Shown here piece after piece: positions 31,045 through 39,605 of a stretch of 64,000 nucleotides of DNA. The notes beneath the pieces are model-generated. The model was not told the origin of the DNA. It ran no database searches and saw only the letters and a program-made list of their open reading frames with translations. The translations under genes and the position numbers were made by a program. The stretch's first letter is position 1. Each line of letters starts with the position of its first letter. The stretch covers positions 24,708-88,707 of the forward strand of contig JBGSPL010000003.1 of NCBI GenBank assembly GCA_041738615.1, read 5' to 3'. Source of the DNA: Patescibacteria group bacterium (GTDB lineage: Bacteria; Patescibacteriota; CPR2; UBA1875; CAIMLA01).

Positions 31045-33438
31045 CTAGTTTTTGTTTCCGAACTTTGCTTCTAAATCCTTAATCTCGTCCCTCATCTTGA
31101 CTACGTCGTTGAGTAATATCTTCTCCTCAACCGCTGCTACCAATCTTCTGGTGCTGTCAATCATATCTGGGTTTACGGAAATTGAGGTTGCTCCGTACTC
31201 TACCATCTTCTGTGCGACTTCTGGGTAGACACTCGGTGCCTGGCCGCAGATAGAGCAAGTCACGCCATACTTAGCACAAGTCTCGACCGTTCTCTGAATC
31301 ATCCACTGCACAGCTGGATAGCGTTCGTCGAATTCCTCTGCAACTACCGAGGAGTCGCGGTCCAAGCCTAGCGTTAACTGAGTTAAATCATTCGAACCTA
31401 TCGATACCCCATCGATTCCCATCTCACAATATTTGTCTATCTCGATAACTGCACTTGGTACCTCCACCATAATCCAGAGCTTGAAGTCAGGGTCACTCTG
31501 TTTGTTCAGTCCGCTAGCTTCTACAATTTGCTTCACTTTGGCAAACTCGTCGGTTCGACGCACAAACGGAATCATTAGCTGCAGGTTGTTGTAGTTCTGA
31601 CGCACACGTTTTATTGCCTCGAGCTCCAAAGAGAACTCTTCTGGATCCTTGAGGTAGCGGAAACAGCCACGGTAGCCAATCATTGGGTTTTCTTCGTTTG
31701 GCTCAAACTCTTCTCCACCCTTCAGACCTCTATACTCGTTTGTCTTAAAGTCAGTAGCCCGATAAACTACGTTTCTTGGATGAAATGCCTTGGCGAATTT
31801 CTCCATCCCCTCAGCAAGCTTGGTCACGTACTCTTCCTGACGGCCCTGCTTGATCATCGACTTTGGATGTTCGCCAATAGATTCCATAATGATAAACTCG
31901 GCACGTAGTAATCCGACTCCGTCCACATCCATAGCAGCGACTTTCTCCGCAAGTGAAGGCTCCGCAAGGTTCACGTATATCTTTGTTGCGGTAATAGGAG
32001 CAGCCGGTGCAGCCATCATGGCCTCCCCTGGCGCAGGTGTAGCAATTTTTGGTGGCTCTACCTTGCCTTCATAAACACTGCCACCCTTACCATCGACTGT
32101 CACCACCTGGCCATCCTTAAGCTTCGTGGTGGCGTCTCCCGTACCAACGACGCATGGAATACCTAGTTCACGCGATACTATCGCTGCGTGGCATGTACGC
32201 CCCCCTGCATCAGTTACAATCCCTGCTGCTCGTTTCATGGCCGGTACGAAATCTGGCGTTGTCATCTCAGTGACCAAAACGTCACCTTCTTTGATCAAGT
32301 CAATTTCGGAGGGACTATGGATAATCTTTACCGGGCCCGAAGCCATGCCAGTACTCGCGGCCTGGCCTTTCATAATCACTTCATGGTTCTCGGTGCTAGC
32401 GTCTGGGCTTGTATTACTAGAGTCTGCTTCAGGGGGCCCACCCAATGTAGTTACCGGCCTACTCTGAACCATAAACATCTTGCCGCCCTCTAGTGCCCAC
32501 TCTGTATCCTGGGGCTTACCATAGTGCTTCTCGATCTCTAGTGCCAGCTTGGAAAGCTGCATTATCTGTTCATCGTTTATCTTCTGAACCTCCTGATCCT
32601 CTATCTGAACAGGGATACTTTCGCTCTTCAAAACTGATAGGTCACCAGTATCTCCAGAACCAGAATCTCTGGTAAGCTTCCAAGTCTGCTTAAAGATCTC
32701 TTTGGATGTTACCTCGAGGGTTTTCTTGTCTACCAAGTAACGGTCTGGGGTCACAGCGCCCAAGACCACTACCTCGCCGAGTCCATAGGCCGCCTCTATC
32801 GAGATATGGTCGAGGTCGTTGTTCGAAGGGTCAATGGTGAACATCACTCCTGCGGCTTGCGAATTGACCATTTTCTGCACTGGAACTGCGATGCCCACGT
32901 CGAGCTGTCCAAAACCCTGCTCCTCGCGATAATAGATAGCGCGGGCTTCAAAGAGTGATGCCCAACACTTAAGAACCGCGACGAGAACTTCCTCATCACC
33001 TTTTACATTCAGGTAGGTTGCCTGCTGGCCTGCAAAAGAAGCCCCGGCGAGGTCCTCTGCTGTCGCGCTAGAACGTACCGCAACATACAGCTCGTCCAAT
33101 GGAGTCTTACTGTCCTTGGCAAGTTTGTGGTAGTTGTCTAAAATCTCCGTTTTGAGCTCCACCGGGAGTGGTGTATTCAAAATTAGGTCTTTTGCCTTCT
33201 CTGCACGTTCCTGCAAGTCCTTGGAATCTTCCTTGTTGAAGCCGTCGATTACTGAACTAATTTTTTGTGCAAGATCCGTGGCTTTCAGGTAATCAAAGTA
33301 AGCATCTGCAGTAATAATAAAGCCTGGCGGAACAGGTAATCCTGCCTTTGTAAGCTCCCCTAGGTTCGCTCCTTTACCTCCGACAATGGCGCCATCATCC
33401 TTGCCGACCTCAGAAAACCATAATATATCTCTACTCAT
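31045..33438 (-). CDS. ppsA: Phosphoenolpyruvate synthase
   Basis: GGKGANLGEL, AVRSSATAED, GGRTCHAAIVSRE, IGSNDLTQ. Likely start ATG 33438 (SD AAGGAGGG). Confidence 0.95.
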   Translation of the reverse strand: MSRDILWFSEVGKDDGAIVGGKGANLGELTKAGLPVPPGFIITADAYFDYLKATDLAQKISSVIDGFNKEDSKDLQERAEKAKDLILNTPLPVELKTEILDNYHKLAKDSKTPLDELYVAVRSSATAEDLAGASFAGQQATYLNVKGDEEVLVAVLKCWASLFEARAIYYREEQGFGQLDVGIAVPVQKMVNSQAAGVMFTIDPSNNDLDHISIEAAYGLGEVVVLGAVTPDRYLVDKKTLEVTSKEIFKQTWKLTRDSGSGDTGDLSVLKSESIPVQIEDQEVQKINDEQIMQLSKLALEIEKHYGKPQDTEWALEGGKMFMVQSRPVTTLGGPPEADSSNTSPDASTENHEVIMKGQAASTGMASGPVKIIHSPSEIDLIKEGDVLVTEMTTPDFVPAMKRAAGIVTDAGGRTCHAAIVSRELGIPCVVGTGDATTKLKDGQVVTVDGKGGSVYEGKVEPPKIATPAPGEAMMAAPAAPITATKIYVNLAEPSLAEKVAAMDVDGVGLLRAEFIIMESIGEHPKSMIKQGRQEEYVTKLAEGMEKFAKAFHPRNVVYRATDFKTNEYRGLKGGEEFEPNEENPMIGYRGCFRYLKDPEEFSLELEAIKRVRQNYNNLQLMIPFVRRTDEFAKVKQIVEASGLNKQSDPDFKLWIMVEVPSAVIEIDKYCEMGIDGVSIGSNDLTQLTLGLDRDSSVVAEEFDERYPAVQWMIQRTVETCAKYGVTCSICGQAPSVYPEVAQKMVEYGATSISVNPDMIDSTRRLVAAVEEKILLNDVVKMRDEIKDLEAKFGNKN

Positions 33439-33510
33439 TAAATATCCCTCCCTTATTATTACTTTTCTCACCCTTTTGCTATTTGATATTTGATCTCTGG
33501 TATTATCACT

Positions 33511-33538
33511 CTAGTTTCCCGCTTCCGCGGGAATGACA
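33511..33538 (-). repeat. CGTC-type REP-like palindrome, intergenic
   Basis: TGTCATTCCCGCGGAAGCGGGAAACTAG; same architecture as 7406-7434. Confidence 0.75.
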
Positions 33539-33546
33539 TGGGGTGG

Positions 33547-34401
33547 CTATGCTTTGTCAGCACTTCCAAACATTATAATTTTTCGCTTTACCACTTCCTT
33601 AATCGCCTCTATCTCTTCAGGTAAATATTTATAAGGCACAATCTCGTCTGGGTTATCGCTAAGCTCTTCTCTGAGCGTCTCGGTATATGCAGCCCGAAGT
33701 TCGGTGTTTACGTTTACTTTCGTAATCCCCAGGGCGATTGCTCTCTTTATCTGCTCCTCAGGTATCCCCGAACCACCATGCAGCGAGAGTGGGACTCCTA
33801 TTTCGCCAATCTTTTTAAGCCGTTCGAAATCTAACTCTGGTTCATTCTCATAAATACCGTGAATATTTCCGATAGACGACGCAAGGATATCGATACCAGT
33901 TGCCTCTACAAACTCCGCCGCCTTTACCGGATCTGTGTAGGTACTCTTCTCCATAACCGCAGACTCGCTGTGCATTTCACTACCACCACCAACATGTCCT
34001 AGCTCACCCTCGACGGTGATTTCTTTACTGTGGGCGTAATCAACTACGGACTTAGTAAGTGCAAGATTGTCATCATACGGCAGGACGGAAGCATCAATAT
34101 GAACCGAGCTATAGCCGGCAGTGATTGCTTCTTTTACGGTATCTAGATTCTGTCCGTGGTCGAGATGAATCGCCACTGGAATATTGAGGCCCTCCGCAAG
34201 ATCGCGAACAATATCTGCTACCACCCTGGCCCCCATGAAGTTCTTCTCTTTCTCCGAGGTCTCTATCACTACGGGTGCATTCAGCTCAGTTGCGGCTTCT
34301 AAGATTCCTCTGATTGCCTCTGGTGTTGAGACATTGAATGCCCCGACTGCATAACCACCAGCCTTCGCTTTCTCGTATAATTCCTTACTCGTAACAATCA
34401 T
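33547..34401 (-). CDS. fba: Fructose-bisphosphate aldolase class II
   Basis: AVGAFNV, HLDHG, VEGELG, GNIHG, LHGGSG, KVNVNT. Confidence 0.93.
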   Translation of the reverse strand: MIVTSKELYEKAKAGGYAVGAFNVSTPEAIRGILEAATELNAPVVIETSEKEKNFMGARVVADIVRDLAEGLNIPVAIHLDHGQNLDTVKEAITAGYSSVHIDASVLPYDDNLALTKSVVDYAHSKEITVEGELGHVGGGSEMHSESAVMEKSTYTDPVKAAEFVEATGIDILASSIGNIHGIYENEPELDFERLKKIGEIGVPLSLHGGSGIPEEQIKRAIALGITKVNVNTELRAAYTETLREELSDNPDEIVPYKYLPEEIEAIKEVVKRKIIMFGSADKA

Positions 34402-34583
34402 TTTTTCTTCTTTCCTTTCGGTACTACTTTACCTACAGTTCGTGGCACTACATATCCAAGGAGTTTGGACAGAGCCCAAACGAAGCCACCGACAGCTGCT
34501 AAAAATAGTACAAGCAATCCACCGCCAAATATGTAATCCAAAAGTCCGGTTACCGGCTGAGTGTATCCTGCGACAACGGACAT
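34398..34583 (-). CDS. Small hypothetical membrane protein
   Basis: 61 aa with a TM helix; translationally coupled to tpiA and fba. Confidence 0.5.
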   Translation of the reverse strand: MSVVAGYTQPVTGLLDYIFGGGLLVLFLAAVGGFVWALSKLLGYVVPRTVGKVVPKGKKKK

Positions 34584-35368
34584 TATTTTGCCGCCTTTTT
34601 CTTTGCCGCTGGCTTCCCGTCAAAGGATTTTACGATAGCGCTAAACTTGTCAAAGCTTAGGCTCGCGCCACCTACTAGAACGCCGTCGACGTCAGCAATC
34701 TTGGCAATCACTGCCGCATTCTCGTCGTTCACGCTTCCTCCGTACAGAACGCGAATACCTTCTGCGGCCTTCTTGCCATAAAGAGCAGAAACTAAACCAC
34801 GTATATTCTTTGCCATTGCAGTAATCTCTGCGGGTTCACAGGTGAGACCCGTACCTATTGCCCACACGGGCTCATACGCTACCACGACATCAGCCACTTC
34901 ACCGGCGGTGAGCTGTGAGAGAGCAGCCTCGAGCTGACTCATCACCACCACTTTCGAAAGCCCATCCCCCTTTTCATGAAAAGTCTCACCGACACATATA
35001 ATCGGGGTGATACCGTAAGAGTAGGCAGCTACCACCTTCTTTGCGACCAGTTTATCATTTTCACCAAACAGTGCCCTGCGCTCTGAATGGCCAATAAGCA
35101 CATACTTTACAAAATTTTTGAGCTGAGAGGCAGCCACTTCTCCGGTATAAGCCCCCTCTTCTTGATAATAAACGTTCTGTGCACCGACAGAGATATTCTC
35201 TCCCGAAAGCTCCTTGGCAGCAGCATAGATATCCAAGAATGTTGGACAGACCACTATCTCGGTTTCCTCTACCTTGGCTAGATTCTTTCGAAGTTTCTCG
35301 ATGAGTATCGTGCTCTCAGGCACGGTCAGATTCATTTTCCAGTTACCAACGACTAGTTTTTTATACAA
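34583..35368 (-). CDS. tpiA: Triosephosphate isomerase
   Basis: GNWKMN, IGHSERR, AYEPVWAIGTG, YGGSV, VGGAS. Likely TTG start 35368 after GGAGGGAG. Confidence 0.96.
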   Translation of the reverse strand: MYKKLVVGNWKMNLTVPESTILIEKLRKNLAKVEETEIVVCPTFLDIYAAAKELSGENISVGAQNVYYQEEGAYTGEVAASQLKNFVKYVLIGHSERRALFGENDKLVAKKVVAAYSYGITPIICVGETFHEKGDGLSKVVVMSQLEAALSQLTAGEVADVVVAYEPVWAIGTGLTCEPAEITAMAKNIRGLVSALYGKKAAEGIRVLYGGSVNDENAAVIAKIADVDGVLVGGASLSFDKFSAIVKSFDGKPAAKKKAAK

Positions 35369-35424
35369 AACTCCCTCCAATCCAATGTGCTCATTCTACC
35401 AAAAATGCTAGCAACTTGATACTT

Positions 35425-35748
35425 TCAGCCGAATATCATGTTCGAGAAAGTAGCCTGGCTTTCCTCCGTTAGCTCTGATTTGATTGCCTCAACGTAATCA
35501 TAAACACTCTCAATCGTTATCTTCTTGATCGATGCCATGCTCTCAGCAGACAAAGCATGGTCATTTAGATAATCTCGAATAATGTTGGCGTCGTCTGTAT
35601 CGGGATAATTAGAGTCGATTTCGGCAAGTTTATTCGAAATCTTGATAGAAATTATTTCGTTTAAACTCACTATTTGCTCTTCGGCGGCTACTTGAGTGAA
35701 CCCGGCGAAAATCAAAGCTTTTTTTAATTTCTCTACTTCTTCATCCAT
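35425..35748 (-). CDS. Hypothetical helical protein
   Basis: 107-aa ORF co-oriented between pgk and tpiA. Confidence 0.55.
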   Translation of the reverse strand: MDEEVEKLKKALIFAGFTQVAAEEQIVSLNEIISIKISNKLAEIDSNYPDTDDANIIRDYLNDHALSAESMASIKKITIESVYDYVEAIKSELTEESQATFSNMIFG

Positions 35749-35751
35749 ACA

Positions 35752-36126
35752 TTACCCCTGCTTCTTAAAAATGGTATTCTCTGCAATTCCCTTGAGACCA
35801 ACGCCGACCGTTGCTGTTCCAAGCAAGGTTTCAGCGCTCGTGCCTGTGGCTGTACCCAAGGTAAACGCACCTAAACCTATCAAAACCACAACCCCACCGC
35901 GAGAAACCGGGTGTTTAGCAAATGAAACGATCCTTTCCTTGGCCTCAGTTAGATAACGCCCCATTTTTTCTGGTAAGGAAAGGACATCGTCTTGTACCAC
36001 CTCTGGTTGCCGCGCAACGTTATCTGGCAGATATAAGCCTCCCTTATCGACCTCGCCATCAAACCCAGCGTCTATCCCCCTAGAATCAAACATATCCTCA
36101 CTTACCACCAAGTCTTTTTCTGCCAT
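35752..36126 (-). CDS. Hypothetical membrane protein
   Basis: SD AAGGAG; C-terminal Gly-rich hydrophobic hairpin. Confidence 0.55.
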   Translation of the reverse strand: MAEKDLVVSEDMFDSRGIDAGFDGEVDKGGLYLPDNVARQPEVVQDDVLSLPEKMGRYLTEAKERIVSFAKHPVSRGGVVVLIGLGAFTLGTATGTSAETLLGTATVGVGLKGIAENTIFKKQG

Positions 36127-36136
36127 GACATACTCC

Positions 36137-37306
36137 TTAGTTTAAGATTTCAATCCCTGGCAGCTCCTTGCCTTCCAGGAACTCCATGCTGGCACCTCCG
36201 GCCATAGAAACAAAATTGAACTTATTCTTGGTCTCTTCCGAGAGAGCAGCTATCGTATCGCCGCCGCCAATTGCCGTGTAGGCACTCGATCTAGTGATTG
36301 CGGCGCCTACAGCGATAGTGGCCTTGGCAAAGTTTGGAAACTCAGCTATACCCAGTGAACCATTCCAAAATATTGTCTTGGCGCCAGTTATTTCTTTCTC
36401 GAAGGCAGCCACTGTTTCTGGACCGAGGTCTACAATGATATCTAGGTCCCCGACCTCTTCTACTGGCACTGTGAGTCCCCTCGCGTTCTCAGCTACTGCC
36501 TTGGTTATTACCACGTCTCTAGGTAATACCAGCTTCACTCCATGCACCTTGGCGCCCTGTACAATTTCGTTAGCCTGCTTCACATATTCTTCCTCGTAAA
36601 GAGAGCATCCAACCTCCATGTGTTGCGAGCACAGGAATGTATTGGCCATACCACCGCCGATAAGGAGCGTATCCACTTTGTCTAACAAATTGTTCAGGAT
36701 CCCAAGCTTATCAGAAACTTTGGCCCCACCAGAGATAAAGACAAATGGTTTCTCGACGTCGCCAAGCAGTCTAGATAGATTATCGACTTCACGCTGCATA
36801 CAGAATCCGGCATAAGCTGGCAGATACTCTGCAACACCCACTACCGAAGCGTGCGCCCTATGAGATGATGAAAAAGCGTCGTTCACATATACGTCACACC
36901 CCCGGGCCAACTTTTGTGCAAACAAAGCGTCGTTCTGTTCTTCGTCAGCATAGTAACGAACATTTTCTAAAAGCAGTACGTCTCCACCTTTTGCCTCGTA
37001 GACGGCCTTATCTCTCTGTTCACCAACACAGTCAGAAACAAACTGAACACTTTTTTTGATCAATGATTCCAGCTCTTTTGCTACTGGGCGCAATGTGAAT
37101 TCCTGCTGGTTCTCGGCGCTAGGCCGACCCAAATGACTCATGAGTACTACTGCAACGTCATGATCTAAAAGATAGTTTATCGTCTCTAGGCTTGCGATTA
37201 TTCTCTCGTTATCGGTAATCTTGCCCTCGGCCATGGGGACATTGTAGTCCACACGTACCAGAACCTTTTTGCCTGCTATATCGGTAATATCTTGGATTCT
37301 TTCCAC
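36137..37306 (-). CDS. pgk: Phosphoglycerate kinase
   Basis: VRVDYNVP, SHLGRP, LLENVR, HRAHAS, GGAKVSDK, GGASMEFLEG. Confidence 0.97.
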   Translation of the reverse strand: MERIQDITDIAGKKVLVRVDYNVPMAEGKITDNERIIASLETINYLLDHDVAVVLMSHLGRPSAENQQEFTLRPVAKELESLIKKSVQFVSDCVGEQRDKAVYEAKGGDVLLLENVRYYADEEQNDALFAQKLARGCDVYVNDAFSSSHRAHASVVGVAEYLPAYAGFCMQREVDNLSRLLGDVEKPFVFISGGAKVSDKLGILNNLLDKVDTLLIGGGMANTFLCSQHMEVGCSLYEEEYVKQANEIVQGAKVHGVKLVLPRDVVITKAVAENARGLTVPVEEVGDLDIIVDLGPETVAAFEKEITGAKTIFWNGSLGIAEFPNFAKATIAVGAAITRSSAYTAIGGGDTIAALSEETKNKFNFVSMAGGASMEFLEGKELPGIEILN

Positions 37307-37307
37307 G

Positions 37308-38303
37308 TTATTTCCCTATGTAGACGGACATCTCTGCCAGGCGGCAAGAGTAGCCCCATTCGTTATCATACCAACCGATAATCTTGAAGAAATTCTCACC
37401 CACGCACTTCGTCATGGCAGCATCATACCCTGCTGAGTACTCGCTTCCCTTGTAGTCCATCGAGACTATCGGTGCCGTAACATACTCCAGATAGCCCTTC
37501 ATTCGGCCCTGTGACGCTTCGAGCATCTTGGCGTTAATCTCCTCCACTGTAGTGGCTTTCTCGAGCTCCACCGTGAGGTCAGTGACAGAAACTGTAGGGG
37601 TAGGTACTCGCAAAGCGATTCCATCTAGCTTTCCGGCAACCTCAGGGATTACTTCCTTCAGCGCCTTGGCAGCGCCAGTGCTTGTGGGGATAATATTTAG
37701 TGCTGCGGCACGAGCGCGACGTAAATCTTCGTGCGGTAGGTCGAGGATTTTCTGGTCATTTGTATAGGAGTGCACAGTGGTCATAAGGCCAGCCTTCAGG
37801 CCGAAATTATCGACAAGTACCTTTACAATTGGTGCGAGGCCGTTAGTTGTACAAGATGCATTGGAAACGATGTGATGTTTTTCCTTGTCGTATGTCTCTT
37901 CGTTTACCCCAAACACCAGCGTTGCGTCTACATTCTTACCTGGTGCCGAAAGCAGTACTTTCTTGGCTCCTGCAGTGAGATGCGCCTTTGCCTTCTCGCC
38001 ATCAGTAAAGAATCCGGTACATTCTAGCACAACGTCTACATCCAGCTCTCCCCATGGTAAATTTGCCGGATCCTTCTCCGAGTATACTTTTACTTCCTTA
38101 CCACCGACTACAATAGCGTTACTCGTGGCCTCAATCTCCGTCTTCCAGACGCCATAGTTCGAATCATATTTCAATAAGTGCGCCAGCGTAGCCACGTCCG
38201 AGAGGTCATTTACCGCGACGATGGAAACCTCGGGATACTTTGTAGTCAAAATCTTAAATACCTGTCGCCCAATACGACCAAAACCGTTTATCGCAACCTT
38301 CAT
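37308..38303 (-). CDS. gap: Type I glyceraldehyde-3-phosphate dehydrogenase
   Basis: INGFGRIGR, SNASCTTN, WYDNEWGY. Confidence 0.97.
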   Translation of the reverse strand: MKVAINGFGRIGRQVFKILTTKYPEVSIVAVNDLSDVATLAHLLKYDSNYGVWKTEIEATSNAIVVGGKEVKVYSEKDPANLPWGELDVDVVLECTGFFTDGEKAKAHLTAGAKKVLLSAPGKNVDATLVFGVNEETYDKEKHHIVSNASCTTNGLAPIVKVLVDNFGLKAGLMTTVHSYTNDQKILDLPHEDLRRARAAALNIIPTSTGAAKALKEVIPEVAGKLDGIALRVPTPTVSVTDLTVELEKATTVEEINAKMLEASQGRMKGYLEYVTAPIVSMDYKGSEYSAGYDAAMTKCVGENFFKIIGWYDNEWGYSCRLAEMSVYIGK

Positions 38304-38617
38304 GCTTTTCTCCTTCTGATTAAAATAACGTAAATCACTAGTCCCAGTACTTCAGTGCCGATGAGTGTCGATAGATAAGCGATCTCATCCAGGTTCGAGG
38401 TTTCGCTACCGCAGCTCCCTGTATCGGGGGTCTTGTAGAGAATACACATCCGGTACTTCTCGTCCGACATTTCCTCGCGTACACACGCTGCGGGAGGAGG
38501 ACACCGGCGCGCCTTGTCTACCTGAGCCTTCGTTAAAGCCCCGAGATATGAGCCCACAAAGAAACAGATGGCAATCACCGCGGCTAAAGCGGCAGCCTGT
38601 TTTAGTCGGTTTTTCAT
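38300..38617 (-). CDS. Hypothetical 2-TM protein with 4-Cys loop
   Basis: Two hydrophobic helices flanking a Cys-containing loop; stop overlaps gap start (ATGA). Confidence 0.55.
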   Translation of the reverse strand: MKNRLKQAAALAAVIAICFFVGSYLGALTKAQVDKARRCPPPAACVREEMSDEKYRMCILYKTPDTGSCGSETSNLDEIAYLSTLIGTEVLGLVIYVILIRRRKA

Positions 38618-38655
38618 ATATTCATTCTACCGCGCTGAGCACAAAAAAAGAAGCT

Positions 38656-38868
38656 TTATCGCTTCTTTTTATTGGCCATTCCCTCCAGCTTCTTCTTGGC
38701 ATATTCCTTTATCTTATCCAGAAACACAAGCTGGATACCAAGCAGCTCGATCCCCACAAATATCAGAATCCATCCAGGCAATATCGGCAAAACTACTCCT
38801 GCAATACCTATAAGCACGAGGAGAAGACCAAAGACGATACGAACTATTCGCAATACTTCTTGCTGCAC
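38656..38868 (-). CDS. PGPGW-family small membrane protein
   Basis: 'LIGIAGVVLPILPGWILIFVGIELL'. Confidence 0.75.
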   Translation of the reverse strand: MQQEVLRIVRIVFGLLLVLIGIAGVVLPILPGWILIFVGIELLGIQLVFLDKIKEYAKKKLEGMANKKKR

Positions 38869-38875
38869 TGGCCCC

Positions 38876-39187
38876 TTAGTCCTTTACCATCACGAGCAAC
38901 ATCTTGAATTTATCGGTGGCATATACCTTGTGAGGTTCATTTGCTGGCATCGTGATAGTCTGGCCAGATTTTAGCGAAAAAGTCTCACCAGAGATAGTCA
39001 CCTCCGCCTCGCCATCAGTGACTAGCACCATCGCATCGAAAGGTGCGGTGTGCTCGCTGAGCCCCTCACCCTTATCAAAGGCGAAGAAGGTTACAGTCCC
39101 AGCGTCCTTTTTTATCAAAGTACGACTGGCAACAGTACCTTCCTGGTACCCTACCAAAGAATCTAAATCTTTCATTTCTGCTTTCAT
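38876..39187 (-). CDS. Cupin domain protein
   Basis: FDKGEGLSEHTAP...DGEAEV...MPANEPH. Confidence 0.88.
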   Translation of the reverse strand: MKAEMKDLDSLVGYQEGTVASRTLIKKDAGTVTFFAFDKGEGLSEHTAPFDAMVLVTDGEAEVTISGETFSLKSGQTITMPANEPHKVYATDKFKMLLVMVKD

Positions 39188-39252
39188 CGCGGTTCTCCGT
39201 TATCGTCTACCTATCTTAACATAGATAGTAGCATGTTTTACTCTCAATAATC

Positions 39253-39281
39253 TTGATTAATCGCTACTTTTTTGTTATAAT
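39253..39281 (+). promoter_or_regulatory. Sigma70 promoter for tRNA-Glu
   Basis: TTGATT-N17-TATAAT with extended TG, ending 14 nt before the tRNA. Confidence 0.7.
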
Positions 39282-39295
39282 ATCCAAGTTCTAGC

Positions 39296-39370
39296 GGTCC
39301 CATCGTCTAGTGGTTAGGACGCCAGGTTTTCATCCTGGTAACAGGGGTTCGACTCCCCTTGGGACTACCA
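39296..39370 (+). tRNA. tRNA-Glu(TTC)
   Basis: Cloverleaf; anticodon arm CCAGG-TT-TTC-AT-CCTGG; GGTTCGA; CCA end. Confidence 0.96.
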
Positions 39371-39530
39371 GCAAGAAATCTCAGCCATTTGGCTGGGATT
39401 TTTGCTTTTAGCTAAGTGGTGAGAACCCCTGGGTGACCAAATGGTTGAGTTCAATTTACAGATAAACCAGGCGGTAAATACATGGATTTGTGATATAGTA
39501 TGTAGGTCCTGATATTGGTGAGAAGCTCAG

Positions 39531-39551
39531 CGACTCCCCTTGGGACTACCA
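39531..39551 (+). repeat. 21-bp direct repeat of tRNA-Glu 3' end (att-like)
   Basis: CGACTCCCCTTGGGACTACCA is identical to 39350-39370. Confidence 0.9.
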
Positions 39552-39593
39552 AAAAGAGACTGATCATTTGTGGAAATGGTCGGTCTCTTTTTT
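39551..39593. terminator. Bidirectional intrinsic terminator
   Basis: AAAAAGAGACTGATCATT...AATGGTCGGTCTCTTTTT between convergent units. Confidence 0.75.
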
Positions 39594-39605
39594 TATTATC
39601 TATTC

